Assembly (NCBI RefSeq): GCF_026125785.1
Contig: NZ_JAHCKL010000001.1
Span: forward strand, 2,949-66,948
Direction of reading: 5' to 3'
From: Hydrogenophaga sp.
GTDB lineage: Bacteria > Pseudomonadota > Gammaproteobacteria > Burkholderiales > Burkholderiaceae_C
DNA: 64,000 nucleotides
How positions within the stretch are numbered: the first letter of the stretch is position 1; every line of letters begins with the position of its first letter. This document shows, piece after piece, positions 26,529 through 35,713 of this stretch. The notes beneath the pieces were generated by a model. The model was not told the DNA's origin. It ran no database searches and saw only the letters and a program-made list of their open reading frames with translations. The position numbers and the translations under genes were made by a program.

Positions 26529-27692
26529 ATGATCAAGAGAGACCTGTTCAACGAGGAGCACGAGGCCTTCCGTGACACGGTACGCCGCTTCATCGACAAA
26601 GAGATCGCCCCCTACCACGCCCAATGGGAAGCCGACGGCGTCGTGCCGCGCGAACTCTGGCTCAAGGCCGGAGCCGCTGGCATGCTCTGCTGCACCATCC
26701 CGGAGGAATACGGCGGGCTGGGGCTGGACTACCTTTTTGATGTGGTGGTGTTCGAGGAGATGGCCCGTTCCGGCTTCACCGGACCGGGCTTCCTGATCCA
26801 TTGCGACCTGGTGGCCACCTACATCAAGTCCTTCGGCACCGAGGCGCAGAAGAGCCACTGGCTGCCCAAGATGGTGCGTGGAGAAGCCATTGGCTCGCTG
26901 GGCATGACCGAACCGCACGCGGGGTCCGACCTCAAGGCCATCCGGACCCGCGCGGTGCGCGATGGCGACGACTTCGTGATCTCCGGCCAGAAGGTCTTCA
27001 TCTCCAACGGCCAGTTGTGCGACGTGATCGTGCTGGCCACCAAGACCGACTCCAACGCCGGTGCCAAGGGCGTGACCCTGTTCCTCGTGGACACCAGCCT
27101 GCCGGGCTTCCGCCGCGGCAAGAACCTGGAGAAACTGGGCATGAAGGGACAGGACACGTCGGAACTGTTCTTCGACGAAGTTCGTGTTCCCGCCTCCGCC
27201 ATGCTGGGGGGCGAGGGCGAAGGCTTTCAGCTCATGATGACCAAGCTGTCCCAGGAACGCCTGGCGCAGGCGATCCGGTCCGCCACCGTGAGCGAAACGG
27301 TGATCGACTACACCGTGGCCTACACCGCAGAACGCAAGGCGTTCAATCAGACCATCGCCGACTTCCAGAACACCCAGTTCAAGCTGGCCGAGCTCAAGAC
27401 CGAAGCGGTGGTGGGCCGCCAGTTCACCGACAAGTGCATCGAGCTGTTCATGAAAGGCGAGCTGGATGCGGTCGACGCCGCCATGGCCAAGATGTGGCTG
27501 AGCAACCTGCACTGCAAGGTGGTCGACGAATGCCTCCAGCTCTTTGGCGGCTGGGGCTACATGTGGGAATACCCGATCGCACGAGCCTATGCCGACGCCC
27601 GTATCGTCAAGATCGCGGGCGGATCGATCGAGGTGATGAAGCACATCATCGGTCGCCAACTGGTGGCCGACTACCGCAAAAACAACGCCTGA
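26529..27692 (+). CDS. acyl-CoA dehydrogenase
   Basis: 387 aa with GMTEPHAGSDL, QLFGGWGYMWEYPIARAYADARI.KI.GGS.EVMK, including the catalytic-Glu region. Confidence 0.9.
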   Translation: MIKRDLFNEEHEAFRDTVRRFIDKEIAPYHAQWEADGVVPRELWLKAGAAGMLCCTIPEEYGGLGLDYLFDVVVFEEMARSGFTGPGFLIHCDLVATYIKSFGTEAQKSHWLPKMVRGEAIGSLGMTEPHAGSDLKAIRTRAVRDGDDFVISGQKVFISNGQLCDVIVLATKTDSNAGAKGVTLFLVDTSLPGFRRGKNLEKLGMKGQDTSELFFDEVRVPASAMLGGEGEGFQLMMTKLSQERLAQAIRSATVSETVIDYTVAYTAERKAFNQTIADFQNTQFKLAELKTEAVVGRQFTDKCIELFMKGELDAVDAAMAKMWLSNLHCKVVDECLQLFGGWGYMWEYPIARAYADARIVKIAGGSIEVMKHIIGRQLVADYRKNNA

Positions 27693-27744
27693 CACTGCCG
27701 GCACAATGCCGCAGACGCACTCCACCCCCTTCACGAGGTTTTCC

Positions 27745-28659
27745 ATGTCCCCCATTGGCAAGCAGACCCCATTCCGAGAAGACGTACTCGCTGGCAAACG
27801 CATCCTCATCACCGGCGGCGGCACGGGACTGGGCAAGGAGCTCGCGCGCGCCTTCGTCTCCCAGGGCGCAACCGTTTACATCTGTGGCCGTCGCCAGGCC
27901 GTGCTGGACGCTGCCGTGGCGGAGCTGATGCAAAGCGCCGCCCATGGCGGCCGTGTGGAGTCCGCCATCTGCGACGTGCGCGATGCCGATCAGATCGAAG
28001 CCATGGTAGAGCGGTTCTGGCAAGACGGCCCGCTCACCGGCCTCGTCAACAACGCGGCGGCCAACTTCATTTCCCCGTCCGTGGACATCAGCCCGCGCGG
28101 CTTCGCCGCGGTGCGCTCCACCGTCATGGACGGCGCCTTGTTCGCCACCCTGGCCTGCGGCCGGCGCTGGATCGCGCAAGGCCTGCCGGGCTCCGTGGTG
28201 AGCATGCTGGTCACCTGGGTCTGGACCGGATCGGCCTACGTGCTGCCCTCCACCATGGCGAAGACGGCGGTGCACGCCATGACCATGTCACTCGCCGTCG
28301 AATGGGGGCGCCACAACATCCGCGTCAACGCGGTGGCGCCCGGCCCATTTCCCACCGAGAGCGCCTGGGAAAAGCTGGCTCCCATTCCCAAGGCCAACGT
28401 GGGCGCCGCATCTGCCGAGCAGGTTCCGCTGGGCCGCTACGGCCGCATGCCTGAACTCTGCAACCTGCTGACCTTCCTGCAGTCCGACGCCTGCGACTAC
28501 ATCACCGGCGCAAACATCGCCATCGACGGCGGTCACCACCTGGCCGCGCCCAGCACCTTCGCCGAACTCGGCAAGCTCACGCCCGAAGACTGGGCCGAAG
28601 CCAAGACCCTGGTGCGCGGCAAGGCCGAACAGGAAAAAGCGCAGCGCAGCGCGGGTTGA
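27745..28659 (+). CDS. SDR oxidoreductase, 2,4-dienoyl-CoA reductase (DECR)-like
   Basis: ORF trimmed to MSPIGKQTPFRED at 27745. It has ITGGGTGLGKE, NNAAANF and a PSTMAKTAV atypical catalytic region as in DECR-type SDRs. Confidence 0.75.
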   Translation: MSPIGKQTPFREDVLAGKRILITGGGTGLGKELARAFVSQGATVYICGRRQAVLDAAVAELMQSAAHGGRVESAICDVRDADQIEAMVERFWQDGPLTGLVNNAAANFISPSVDISPRGFAAVRSTVMDGALFATLACGRRWIAQGLPGSVVSMLVTWVWTGSAYVLPSTMAKTAVHAMTMSLAVEWGRHNIRVNAVAPGPFPTESAWEKLAPIPKANVGAASAEQVPLGRYGRMPELCNLLTFLQSDACDYITGANIAIDGGHHLAAPSTFAELGKLTPEDWAEAKTLVRGKAEQEKAQRSAG

Positions 28660-28690
28660 GGGGGGCGGGTTGAGCGTACGGCGAGGGGGG

Positions 28691-28725
28691 CAACGCTCAA
28701 CGCTCAACGCTCAACGCTCAACGCC
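28691..28725. repeat. tandem heptamer repeat (CAACGCT x4 plus CAACGCC)
   Basis: Read directly: caacgct caacgct caacgct caacgct caacgcc. It spans the folD stop codon (28704-28706) and its last codons. GTTGAGCGT (28669-28677) can pair with any repeat register. Confidence 0.85.
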
Positions 28726-29561
28726 TCTGCCGCATGCAGCGTGTTCACCAGCAGCATCGCGCGCGTCATCGGGCCCACACCCCCGGGTACCGGGGTGATC
28801 CAGCCGGCCACGTTCTTCACGGCGTCGAAGTCGACGTCGCCGCAGAGCTTGCCCTCGTCATTGCGGTTCATGCCCACGTCGATCACCACGGCACCGGGCT
28901 TGACCATGTCGGCCGTGAGCACATTGCGCTTGCCCACTGCGGCCACGATCACGTCGGCCTGCAGCGTCAAGGACTTGAGGTCTTGCGTGGCGCTGTGGCA
29001 GATGGTCACCGTGGCGTTCTTCTGCAGCAGCATCAGTGCCATGGGTTTGCCCACGATGTTGCTGCGCCCGATCACCACCGCATGCCTGCCCTTGAGGTCG
29101 TAGCCGATGTCTTCCAGCATCTTCATGCAGCCGTACGGGGTGCAGGGCCAGAAGCCGGGTTGTCCCACCATGAGCGCGCCCGCGCTGGCCACGTGAAAAC
29201 CATCGACATCCTTGGACGGCGAGATGGTCTCGATCACCTTGTGCGCATTCATGTGACGGGGCAGGGGCAACTGGACCAGGATGCCGTGCACGGCAGGGTC
29301 CTCGTTGAGGGTGTCGATGCGGGCGAGCAACTCGGCCTCGGTCATGCTGTCCGGGTAGCGCTCCAGCGTGGCTTGCAAGCCGGTCTCGGTGCTGTCGTTG
29401 ACCTTGTGCCGGGTGTAGACCTGGCTGGCCGGGTCCTCGCCCACCAGGATGATGGAGAGCGCGGGCACGATGCCCCGTGCGCGCAGAGCCTGGGTGCGGC
29501 CGGCGACTTCGGCGCGGATTTTCTTGGCGAGGGCATTGCCATCAATCAGTTGGGCGGTCAT
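28704..29561 (-). CDS. folD: bifunctional methylenetetrahydrofolate dehydrogenase/cyclohydrolase
   Basis: [19 protein letters not shown]..., [27 protein letters not shown] and [10 protein letters not shown], the canonical FolD motifs. Confidence 0.95.
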   Translation of the reverse strand: MTAQLIDGNALAKKIRAEVAGRTQALRARGIVPALSIILVGEDPASQVYTRHKVNDSTETGLQATLERYPDSMTEAELLARIDTLNEDPAVHGILVQLPLPRHMNAHKVIETISPSKDVDGFHVASAGALMVGQPGFWPCTPYGCMKMLEDIGYDLKGRHAVVIGRSNIVGKPMALMLLQKNATVTICHSATQDLKSLTLQADVIVAAVGKRNVLTADMVKPGAVVIDVGMNRNDEGKLCGDVDFDAVKNVAGWITPVPGGVGPMTRAMLLVNTLHAAEALSVER

Positions 29562-29583
29562 GGGATGGTGCTCGGGGCTTGCG

Positions 29584-29614
29584 GAAAAAAGGAAACGCCC
29601 GCGAGGGCGGGCGT
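29584..29614 (-). terminator. rho-independent terminator of the response-regulator gene
   Basis: ACGCCCGC-GAGG-GCGGGCGT hairpin (29595-29614). On the minus strand it is followed by a T-rich run, the complement of the ggaaaaaagga stretch. Confidence 0.65.
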
Positions 29615-29636
29615 CGTTGAGGTGGCGGTCGGGCGC

Positions 29637-30263
29637 TCAGGCCTTGGCGGGTGTCTGGCCGAGGGCGATCTTGAGCAGGTCGGCCACGGTGTTGGCGCCC
29701 AACTTCTCCATGATGTTGGCGCGGTGGGCTTCAACCGTCTTGATGCTGATGCCCAGATCGTCGGCGATCTGCTTGTTCAGCCGGCCGGCAACGATGCGTT
29801 CGAGCACCTGGGCCTCCCGGCTGGTGAGCTTGGAAAGCAGGGCGTCGCGGCTGACGGCCTGCTGGTGGGTGGCGAAGGCTTCGCGGGCATGTTCGAGCAT
29901 GCGCTCGACCAGGGCCAGCAACTGGTCTTCCTTGAAGGGCTTCTGGATGAAATCCAGGGCACCTTTCTTCATCGACTCCACCGCCATGGGCACATCGCCG
30001 TGCCCGGTGATGAACACGATGGGCAGAGGCGACTGGCGTTCGATCAGCCGCTCCTGGAGTTCCATGCCACTCATGCCGCCCATGCGGATGTCGGCGATCA
30101 GGCAGGCCACTTCGCGGGCGTCGTAGCGACTGAGAAAGGCCTCGGCCGATTCGAAGCAGCGGACCCGGTAGTCCTTGCCTTCGAGCAGCCATTGCAGAGA
30201 GTCGCGAACGGCTTCGTCGTCATCGACCACGTAGACGCTGCCTTTTTTGGGGATCAAACTCAT
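29637..30263 (-). CDS. response regulator, FixJ/LuxR-type DNA-binding
   Basis: Receiver domain (VYVVDDDEAVRDSL, acceptor-Asp context LIADIRMGGMSG, KPF) plus a C-terminal LuxR HTH (LTSREAQVLERIVAGRLNKQIADDLGISIKTVEAHR). Confidence 0.9.
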   Translation of the reverse strand: MSLIPKKGSVYVVDDDEAVRDSLQWLLEGKDYRVRCFESAEAFLSRYDAREVACLIADIRMGGMSGMELQERLIERQSPLPIVFITGHGDVPMAVESMKKGALDFIQKPFKEDQLLALVERMLEHAREAFATHQQAVSRDALLSKLTSREAQVLERIVAGRLNKQIADDLGISIKTVEAHRANIMEKLGANTVADLLKIALGQTPAKA

Positions 30264-32815
30264 CTCGCTCTTTCTGTGTCCGTCAGAGGCTTGGCGGCAG
30301 GCCCGCTTGCGGCACCCTGGCCTTGGAGCCGGGACACCACGGGGATCCAGAAGCTGAAGCAGCAGCCCACCACCTCTTCACCATTGTAGATGTTCTGAAC
30401 CTGCATCCTCCCATGGTGCGATTCGACGATGCTGCGGCACAGTTTGAGGCCGATACCCATGCCCTCGCTCTTGGTGCTGTAGAACGCTTCGTAGATGCGT
30501 TCAATGAGCTCGTCGGGTACGCCATTGCCCGAGTCGCGCACCGAGAACTCGACCACCTCCTGGCCATCGAGGTGGCGCGGGCCCACGCGCAGTTCCACAT
30601 ACCGTTCGCCCGGCGCCCGCGCAGCCTGCACGATGGCCTCTCCAGCGTTCTTGAGCAGGTTGATGAGCACCTGCTCGATCAGGATGGGGTCCACCATCAA
30701 ATGGGGCAGGCGCGCCGCGACGTAAGGTGAAAGCCGCACCTGCTGGCGGCGCAGCTCGATGTCGGCCAGTTCGATGGCGTTGTTGACCATCTGGCCCACG
30801 TCCGACAGCGTCGGGTTGGGTTCGCTGCGTTTCACGAAGGCGCGGATGCGCTGGATGATCTGGCCCGCGCGCTGGGCCTGGCGGGACGTCTTTTCCAGCG
30901 CGCCCAGCAACTCGTCCGGACTGATGCGCTGCTCCTGCAGGCGGGAGATCATGCCATTGCAGTAGTTGGCGATGGCGGTGAGCGGCTGATTGAGTTCATG
31001 CGCCACGCTGGAGGCCATCTCGCCCATGGTGATCAGGCGGCTGGCCGTCTGCGCGCGTTCGGCCTGGCGGGACGCCTGTTCCTCGGCGAAGCGGCGCGGC
31101 GTGATGTCGCTGGCGATCACCATCTGCGCCAGGCGGCCATCCACCCAGGTCAGGTAGCGGGTGCGGACCTCGAGCCATCGGTCCAGCTCCTCCACGAAGA
31201 CCTCCGCGTTCTCCGCCCCGGCGTCGGTCAGTGTTTCCGTCGGCATGCCGGCGAACGCGTCCACCGCATCGCCATCGTCCGGGCTGGGGGACGGCTGGTT
31301 GCCCGCGAGGTCCACCAGGTGCCGGTGGCCCTGGCCGCGCGTGCCGAACCAGAGCCGGTACATCTTGTTGGCGAACAGCATCTCGTCGCTGCCCAGCGGC
31401 GCCACCGACACCGCCGAGTCCAGGCTTTCCAGCACGGTGGTAAAGCGTTCGTACGAGGCGGAAAGCTCTTCCCGGATGCGCTTGGGCTCGGTGATGTCGG
31501 TCATCGAGGTCATCCAGCCGGTCTGGTGGCCCCTCGGGTCGATCAGTGGCGAGACGTACATGCGTGCGTCGAAGATGCTGCCGTTGCGCCGGCGCACGCG
31601 CACCTCGAAACCTCCCGGCGTGGAGCGCCCTCGCAGCTCGTCCTCCAGTCTGGCAGCGAGTTGGTCGTGGTCTTCTTCCGGCCAGTAGGGAAAGGGTGCC
31701 GTGCGGCCCACCAGCTCACCTTCGGTCCAGCCGGTCATGGAACAGAAGGCCGGGTTGACGTAGGTGATGCGGCCCTGCATGTCCAGTGCGCGCATGCCGG
31801 TGAGCATGGAGTTTTCCATCGCGCGGCGGAAGTTGGTCTCCGCCATCAGGGCCTGCTGGGCCTGCACGCGCCGCCGGGTATGGCGCCAGGTGCCCAGCAA
31901 CATCCAGACGGTGAGCACGCTGAGCGCACCGATCACCCAGAAGAAACCGCTGCCCACGATGTCCTGTGAGGTGCGGTAGCCCTGTGCTTTGAGGATCAGG
32001 CCGTTGCCCACGGGCGACACCGGTACCGCATGCTCCAGCGGCGGGTTGGACCACGGCAGCAGCCGCAGCACCGATTCCGGTGTCTGCAGGCTGCCCGCGA
32101 GCACGCGGTCGCGATCGTCCACCAGCGCGACCGCATACCGCGCCATGATTTCCGGCGGGATGCCAAAGCGCATCAGGCCGTCGATGGCGTACTCGCCCAT
32201 GATGGTGCCGGAGAAGCGGCCCTGTTCGCTCAGGGGCACGTGCAGCATCAGCGTGGCATTGCGCGCGTCTTCGCCCAGCGGGCGGGAGTAGACCGGCTGG
32301 CGCAGGTCCCGCGCCAGTTCGAAGGTGCCGTCCGTCTCGCCCGCCGCCAGCACGCTGCCCACCGGCCGCGTCAGCATCGAAGGGGCGCTCGGCGAGGCGT
32401 AGCTGGCCAGCACGTTGCGGCGGCTGTCCACCCAACTGATGGCGAGCAATTCCGGAAACTGACTGACCAGTGACTCGGCCTGGAACTCGAATTCCTCGTT
32501 CTCGATCTCCTTGTTGCCGATCTCTCGCGCCAGGCGCATGAGCTGCTCTTGCCGCTCCAGCAGGCGCAGGCGCAGGCGTTGCTGGGCGTACTCCACGTCG
32601 CGCGTGACGGCCTCTTGCTCGCGTTCGAGCTCTTCGTACCGCAGGTAGGTGATGGCCACCACGATGGCCGAGAGGAACAGCAATACCGCCAGCAAAGGCC
32701 CCAGCGTCGCAAAGCGGTCTTGGCGGGAGGGCGGCAGGCGCCGCCACCAGCGTTTCCACCACACGGCCTGCGGGAACGGGCGTTCGGCGCTGGAGGGTTT
32801 GGGCAAGGGGATCAT
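30260..32815 (-). CDS. PAS-domain sensor histidine kinase
   Basis: Two TM segments flank a periplasmic region, followed by two PAS-like regions. It has the H-box SVAHELNQPLTAI and an ATPase domain (NLLKNAGEA, DSGNGV, GMGIGL). Start taken at MIPLPKP (32815); the ORF extends to 32860. Confidence 0.85.
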   Translation of the reverse strand: MIPLPKPSSAERPFPQAVWWKRWWRRLPPSRQDRFATLGPLLAVLLFLSAIVVAITYLRYEELEREQEAVTRDVEYAQQRLRLRLLERQEQLMRLAREIGNKEIENEEFEFQAESLVSQFPELLAISWVDSRRNVLASYASPSAPSMLTRPVGSVLAAGETDGTFELARDLRQPVYSRPLGEDARNATLMLHVPLSEQGRFSGTIMGEYAIDGLMRFGIPPEIMARYAVALVDDRDRVLAGSLQTPESVLRLLPWSNPPLEHAVPVSPVGNGLILKAQGYRTSQDIVGSGFFWVIGALSVLTVWMLLGTWRHTRRRVQAQQALMAETNFRRAMENSMLTGMRALDMQGRITYVNPAFCSMTGWTEGELVGRTAPFPYWPEEDHDQLAARLEDELRGRSTPGGFEVRVRRRNGSIFDARMYVSPLIDPRGHQTGWMTSMTDITEPKRIREELSASYERFTTVLESLDSAVSVAPLGSDEMLFANKMYRLWFGTRGQGHRHLVDLAGNQPSPSPDDGDAVDAFAGMPTETLTDAGAENAEVFVEELDRWLEVRTRYLTWVDGRLAQMVIASDITPRRFAEEQASRQAERAQTASRLITMGEMASSVAHELNQPLTAIANYCNGMISRLQEQRISPDELLGALEKTSRQAQRAGQIIQRIRAFVKRSEPNPTLSDVGQMVNNAIELADIELRRQQVRLSPYVAARLPHLMVDPILIEQVLINLLKNAGEAIVQAARAPGERYVELRVGPRHLDGQEVVEFSVRDSGNGVPDELIERIYEAFYSTKSEGMGIGLKLCRSIVESHHGRMQVQNIYNGEEVVGCCFSFWIPVVSRLQGQGAASGPAAKPLTDTERAR

Positions 32816-32865
32816 GAAGCGTGCAAGTCTACGTGAGAGCCTGGAAACTCCCTCTGGCATCCGGT

Positions 32866-32875
32866 TGAAATTTCA
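32866..32875. promoter_or_regulatory. 10-bp perfect palindrome in the kinase/aceE divergent gap
   Basis: TGAAATTTCA, with a related TGAAATGAAA at 32901-32910, in the only AT-rich stretch upstream of aceE. The function is unproven. Confidence 0.25.
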
Positions 32876-32983
32876 TTATGAGAAATTGTTAGGCACATAT
32901 TGAAATGAAAAACGATCTGTGGAAAAATCCGTGACACTGCGGAGAGACCTCCGTAAGCTCGATCGCAACCCAAGGAGACAAGC

Positions 32984-35698
32984 ATGTCAGCCAATGACGC
33001 TCGCAACGGCCTCAACGCCGAGGACGTGGACGCCCAGGAAACCCGTGAATGGATGGAGGCCCTGGCCGCCGTGATCGAGAAGGAGGGGCCGGAACGGGCC
33101 CATTTCCTGCTGGAGCAACTGCTGGAGCAGGCCCGCCAGAGCAGCATCGACATGCCGTTCTCCGCCAACACCGGCTACGTGAACACCATCGAACCGGAGC
33201 AGGAGGCGCATTGCCCCGGCAACATCGCCATCGAGAAGCGCCTGCGTGCCTACATGCGCTGGAACGCCATGGCCATGGTGGTGCGCGCCAACCGCCTGAA
33301 CCCCGCCGACGGCGGGGACCTGGGGGGGCACATCGGTTCCTTCGCCTCGGTGGCCAGCATGTTCGGCGCCGGCTTCAACCATTTCTGGCACGCCGAGAGC
33401 GAGAACCATGGCGGCGACCTGTTGTACATCCAGGGCCACAGTTCGCCTGGCATCTACGCACGGGCTTTCCTGGAGGGCCGCCTGACCGAAGAGCAACTGG
33501 ACAGCTTCCGCCAGGAAGTGGACGGCAAGGGTCTCTCCAGTTACCCGCATCCCAAGCTGATGCCGGAGTTCTGGCAATTCCCCACCGTGTCCATGGGCCT
33601 GGGGCCGCTGATGGCGATCTACCAGGCCCGTTTCCTCAAGTACCTGCATGCGCGTGGCATCGCCAATACCGAGAACCGCAAGGTCTGGGTGTTCTGCGGC
33701 GACGGCGAGATGGACGAACCCGAATCGCTGGGCGCCATTGGCCTGGCGGCACGTGAGAACCTGGACAACCTGGTGTTTGTGATCAACTGCAACCTGCAGC
33801 GTCTGGACGGTCCGGTGCGCGGCAACGGCAAGATCGTCCAGGAACTGGAGAGCGAGTTCCGCGGCAGCGGCTGGAACGTCATCAAGCTGCTCTGGGGCAA
33901 TGGTTGGGATACCCTGCTGGCCCGAGACAAGACGGGCAAGCTGCGACAGCTCATGATGGAGACGCTGGACGGCGACTACCAGGCCATGAAGGCCAACGAC
34001 GGCGCTTTCGTGCGCAAGAACTTCTTCGGCCGCTATCCCGAGACGCTCAAGCTGGTCGAGCATATGACCGACGAGGAGGTGTTCGAGTTGCGCCGCGGTG
34101 GCCACGAGCCGGCCAAGGTCTATGCCGCCTTCCACGCGGCCAACGAACACAAGGGCCAGCCCACGGTGCTGCTGGTCAAGACGGTCAAGGGTTATGGCAT
34201 GGGCAAGGCCGGCGAAGGCAAGAACACCGTGCACCAGACCAAGAAGCTGTCGGACGAGGACATCCGCTATATCCGCGACCGCTTCAACATCCCGATTCCC
34301 GACAGCGAGCTGCCCAAGATCCCGTACTACAAGCCGGCCGACGACACGCCGGAGATGAAGTACCTGCATGAGCGACGCAAGGCGCTGGGTGGCTACCTGC
34401 CGCACCGCCGCGCGAAGGCTGACGAAAGCTTCACCGTGCCGGCGCTGGAGACCTTCAAGGCGGTGCTGGAGCCGACCGCAGAAGGCCGCGAGATTTCCAC
34501 CACCCAGGCCTACGTGCGCTTTCTGACGCAGTTGCTGCGTGACCAGGCGCTGGGGCCGCGCGTGGTGCCCATCCTAGTGGACGAGGCCCGTACCTTTGGC
34601 ATGGAAGGCCTGTTCCGCCAGATCGGTATCTATAACCCCAAGGGCCAGCTCTACACCCCGGTCGACAAGGACCAGGTGATGTACTACAAGGAAGACAAGG
34701 CCGGGCAGATCCTCCAGGAAGGCATCAACGAGGCCGGCGGCATGAGTTCCTGGATCGCGGCGGCGACGTCGTACTCGACGAACAACCGCATCATGGTGCC
34801 GTTCTACGTGTACTACTCGATGTTCGGTTTCCAGCGCATTGGTGATCTGGCCTGGGCCGCGGGTGACATGCAGGCGCGCGGCTTCCTTTTGGGCGGCACC
34901 TCCGGGCGCACCACGCTCAACGGCGAAGGTCTGCAGCACGAGGACGGGCACAGCCACATCCTGGCCGGCACCATTCCGAACTGCATCAGCTACGACCCGA
35001 CCTTCGCGCATGAAGTGGCGGTGATCCTGCACCACGGCCTCAAGCGCATGGTGGAACGCCAGGAGAACGTTTTCTACTACCTGACGCTGCTCAACGAGAA
35101 CTACGCCATGCCGGGCCTCCAGCCGGGCACGGAAGAGCAGATCATCAAGGGCATGTACTGCTGCAGGCAGGCGCCTGCGATCAAGGGCAGGTCGGTGCCG
35201 ACGGTGCAACTGCTGGGCAGTGGCACCATCCTGCGCGAGAGCATTGCCGCGCAGGAATTGCTGGAGAAGGAGTGGGGCGTGAGTGCAAGCGTGTGGAGCT
35301 GCCCGAGCTTCAACGAACTGGCGCGCGATGGCCAGGACGTGGACCGCTGGAACCTGTTGCACCCGACCGAGACCCCGCGCGTGTCTTTCGTTGCGCAGCA
35401 ACTCGGTGCCACCACCGGCCCGGTGGTGGCTTCCACCGACTACATGAAGAACTACGCCGAGCAGATCCGTCCCTTCATACCCAAGGGGCGTGGCTACAAG
35501 GTGCTGGGCACCGACGGCTTTGGCCGCAGCGACTTCCGCAGCAAGCTGCGCGAGCACTTCGAGGTGAACCGGCACTACATCGTGGTCGCCGCGCTCAAGG
35601 CCCTGAGCGAGGAGGGCACCGTGCCGGTGGCCAAGGTGGCCGAGGCGATCAAGAAGTACGGCATCCAGACCGAGAAGGTGAATCCTCTCTACGCATAA
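32984..35698 (+). CDS. aceE: pyruvate dehydrogenase E1 component (homodimeric type)
   Basis: 904 aa. The ETREWMEAL N-terminus, the GGDLGGHIGSFAS region and overall length match AceE. An AAGGAG-like RBS is present. Confidence 0.95.
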   Translation: MSANDARNGLNAEDVDAQETREWMEALAAVIEKEGPERAHFLLEQLLEQARQSSIDMPFSANTGYVNTIEPEQEAHCPGNIAIEKRLRAYMRWNAMAMVVRANRLNPADGGDLGGHIGSFASVASMFGAGFNHFWHAESENHGGDLLYIQGHSSPGIYARAFLEGRLTEEQLDSFRQEVDGKGLSSYPHPKLMPEFWQFPTVSMGLGPLMAIYQARFLKYLHARGIANTENRKVWVFCGDGEMDEPESLGAIGLAARENLDNLVFVINCNLQRLDGPVRGNGKIVQELESEFRGSGWNVIKLLWGNGWDTLLARDKTGKLRQLMMETLDGDYQAMKANDGAFVRKNFFGRYPETLKLVEHMTDEEVFELRRGGHEPAKVYAAFHAANEHKGQPTVLLVKTVKGYGMGKAGEGKNTVHQTKKLSDEDIRYIRDRFNIPIPDSELPKIPYYKPADDTPEMKYLHERRKALGGYLPHRRAKADESFTVPALETFKAVLEPTAEGREISTTQAYVRFLTQLLRDQALGPRVVPILVDEARTFGMEGLFRQIGIYNPKGQLYTPVDKDQVMYYKEDKAGQILQEGINEAGGMSSWIAAATSYSTNNRIMVPFYVYYSMFGFQRIGDLAWAAGDMQARGFLLGGTSGRTTLNGEGLQHEDGHSHILAGTIPNCISYDPTFAHEVAVILHHGLKRMVERQENVFYYLTLLNENYAMPGLQPGTEEQIIKGMYCCRQAPAIKGRSVPTVQLLGSGTILRESIAAQELLEKEWGVSASVWSCPSFNELARDGQDVDRWNLLHPTETPRVSFVAQQLGATTGPVVASTDYMKNYAEQIRPFIPKGRGYKVLGTDGFGRSDFRSKLREHFEVNRHYIVVAALKALSEEGTVPVAKVAEAIKKYGIQTEKVNPLYA

Positions 35699-35713
35699 CC
35701 CGGAGACAAGAAC

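Noticed and set aside
25308-27836. 842-aa minus-strand ORF
   Set aside because: It is antisense to the two acyl-CoA dehydrogenase genes. It is a GC-artefact frame with no motifs.
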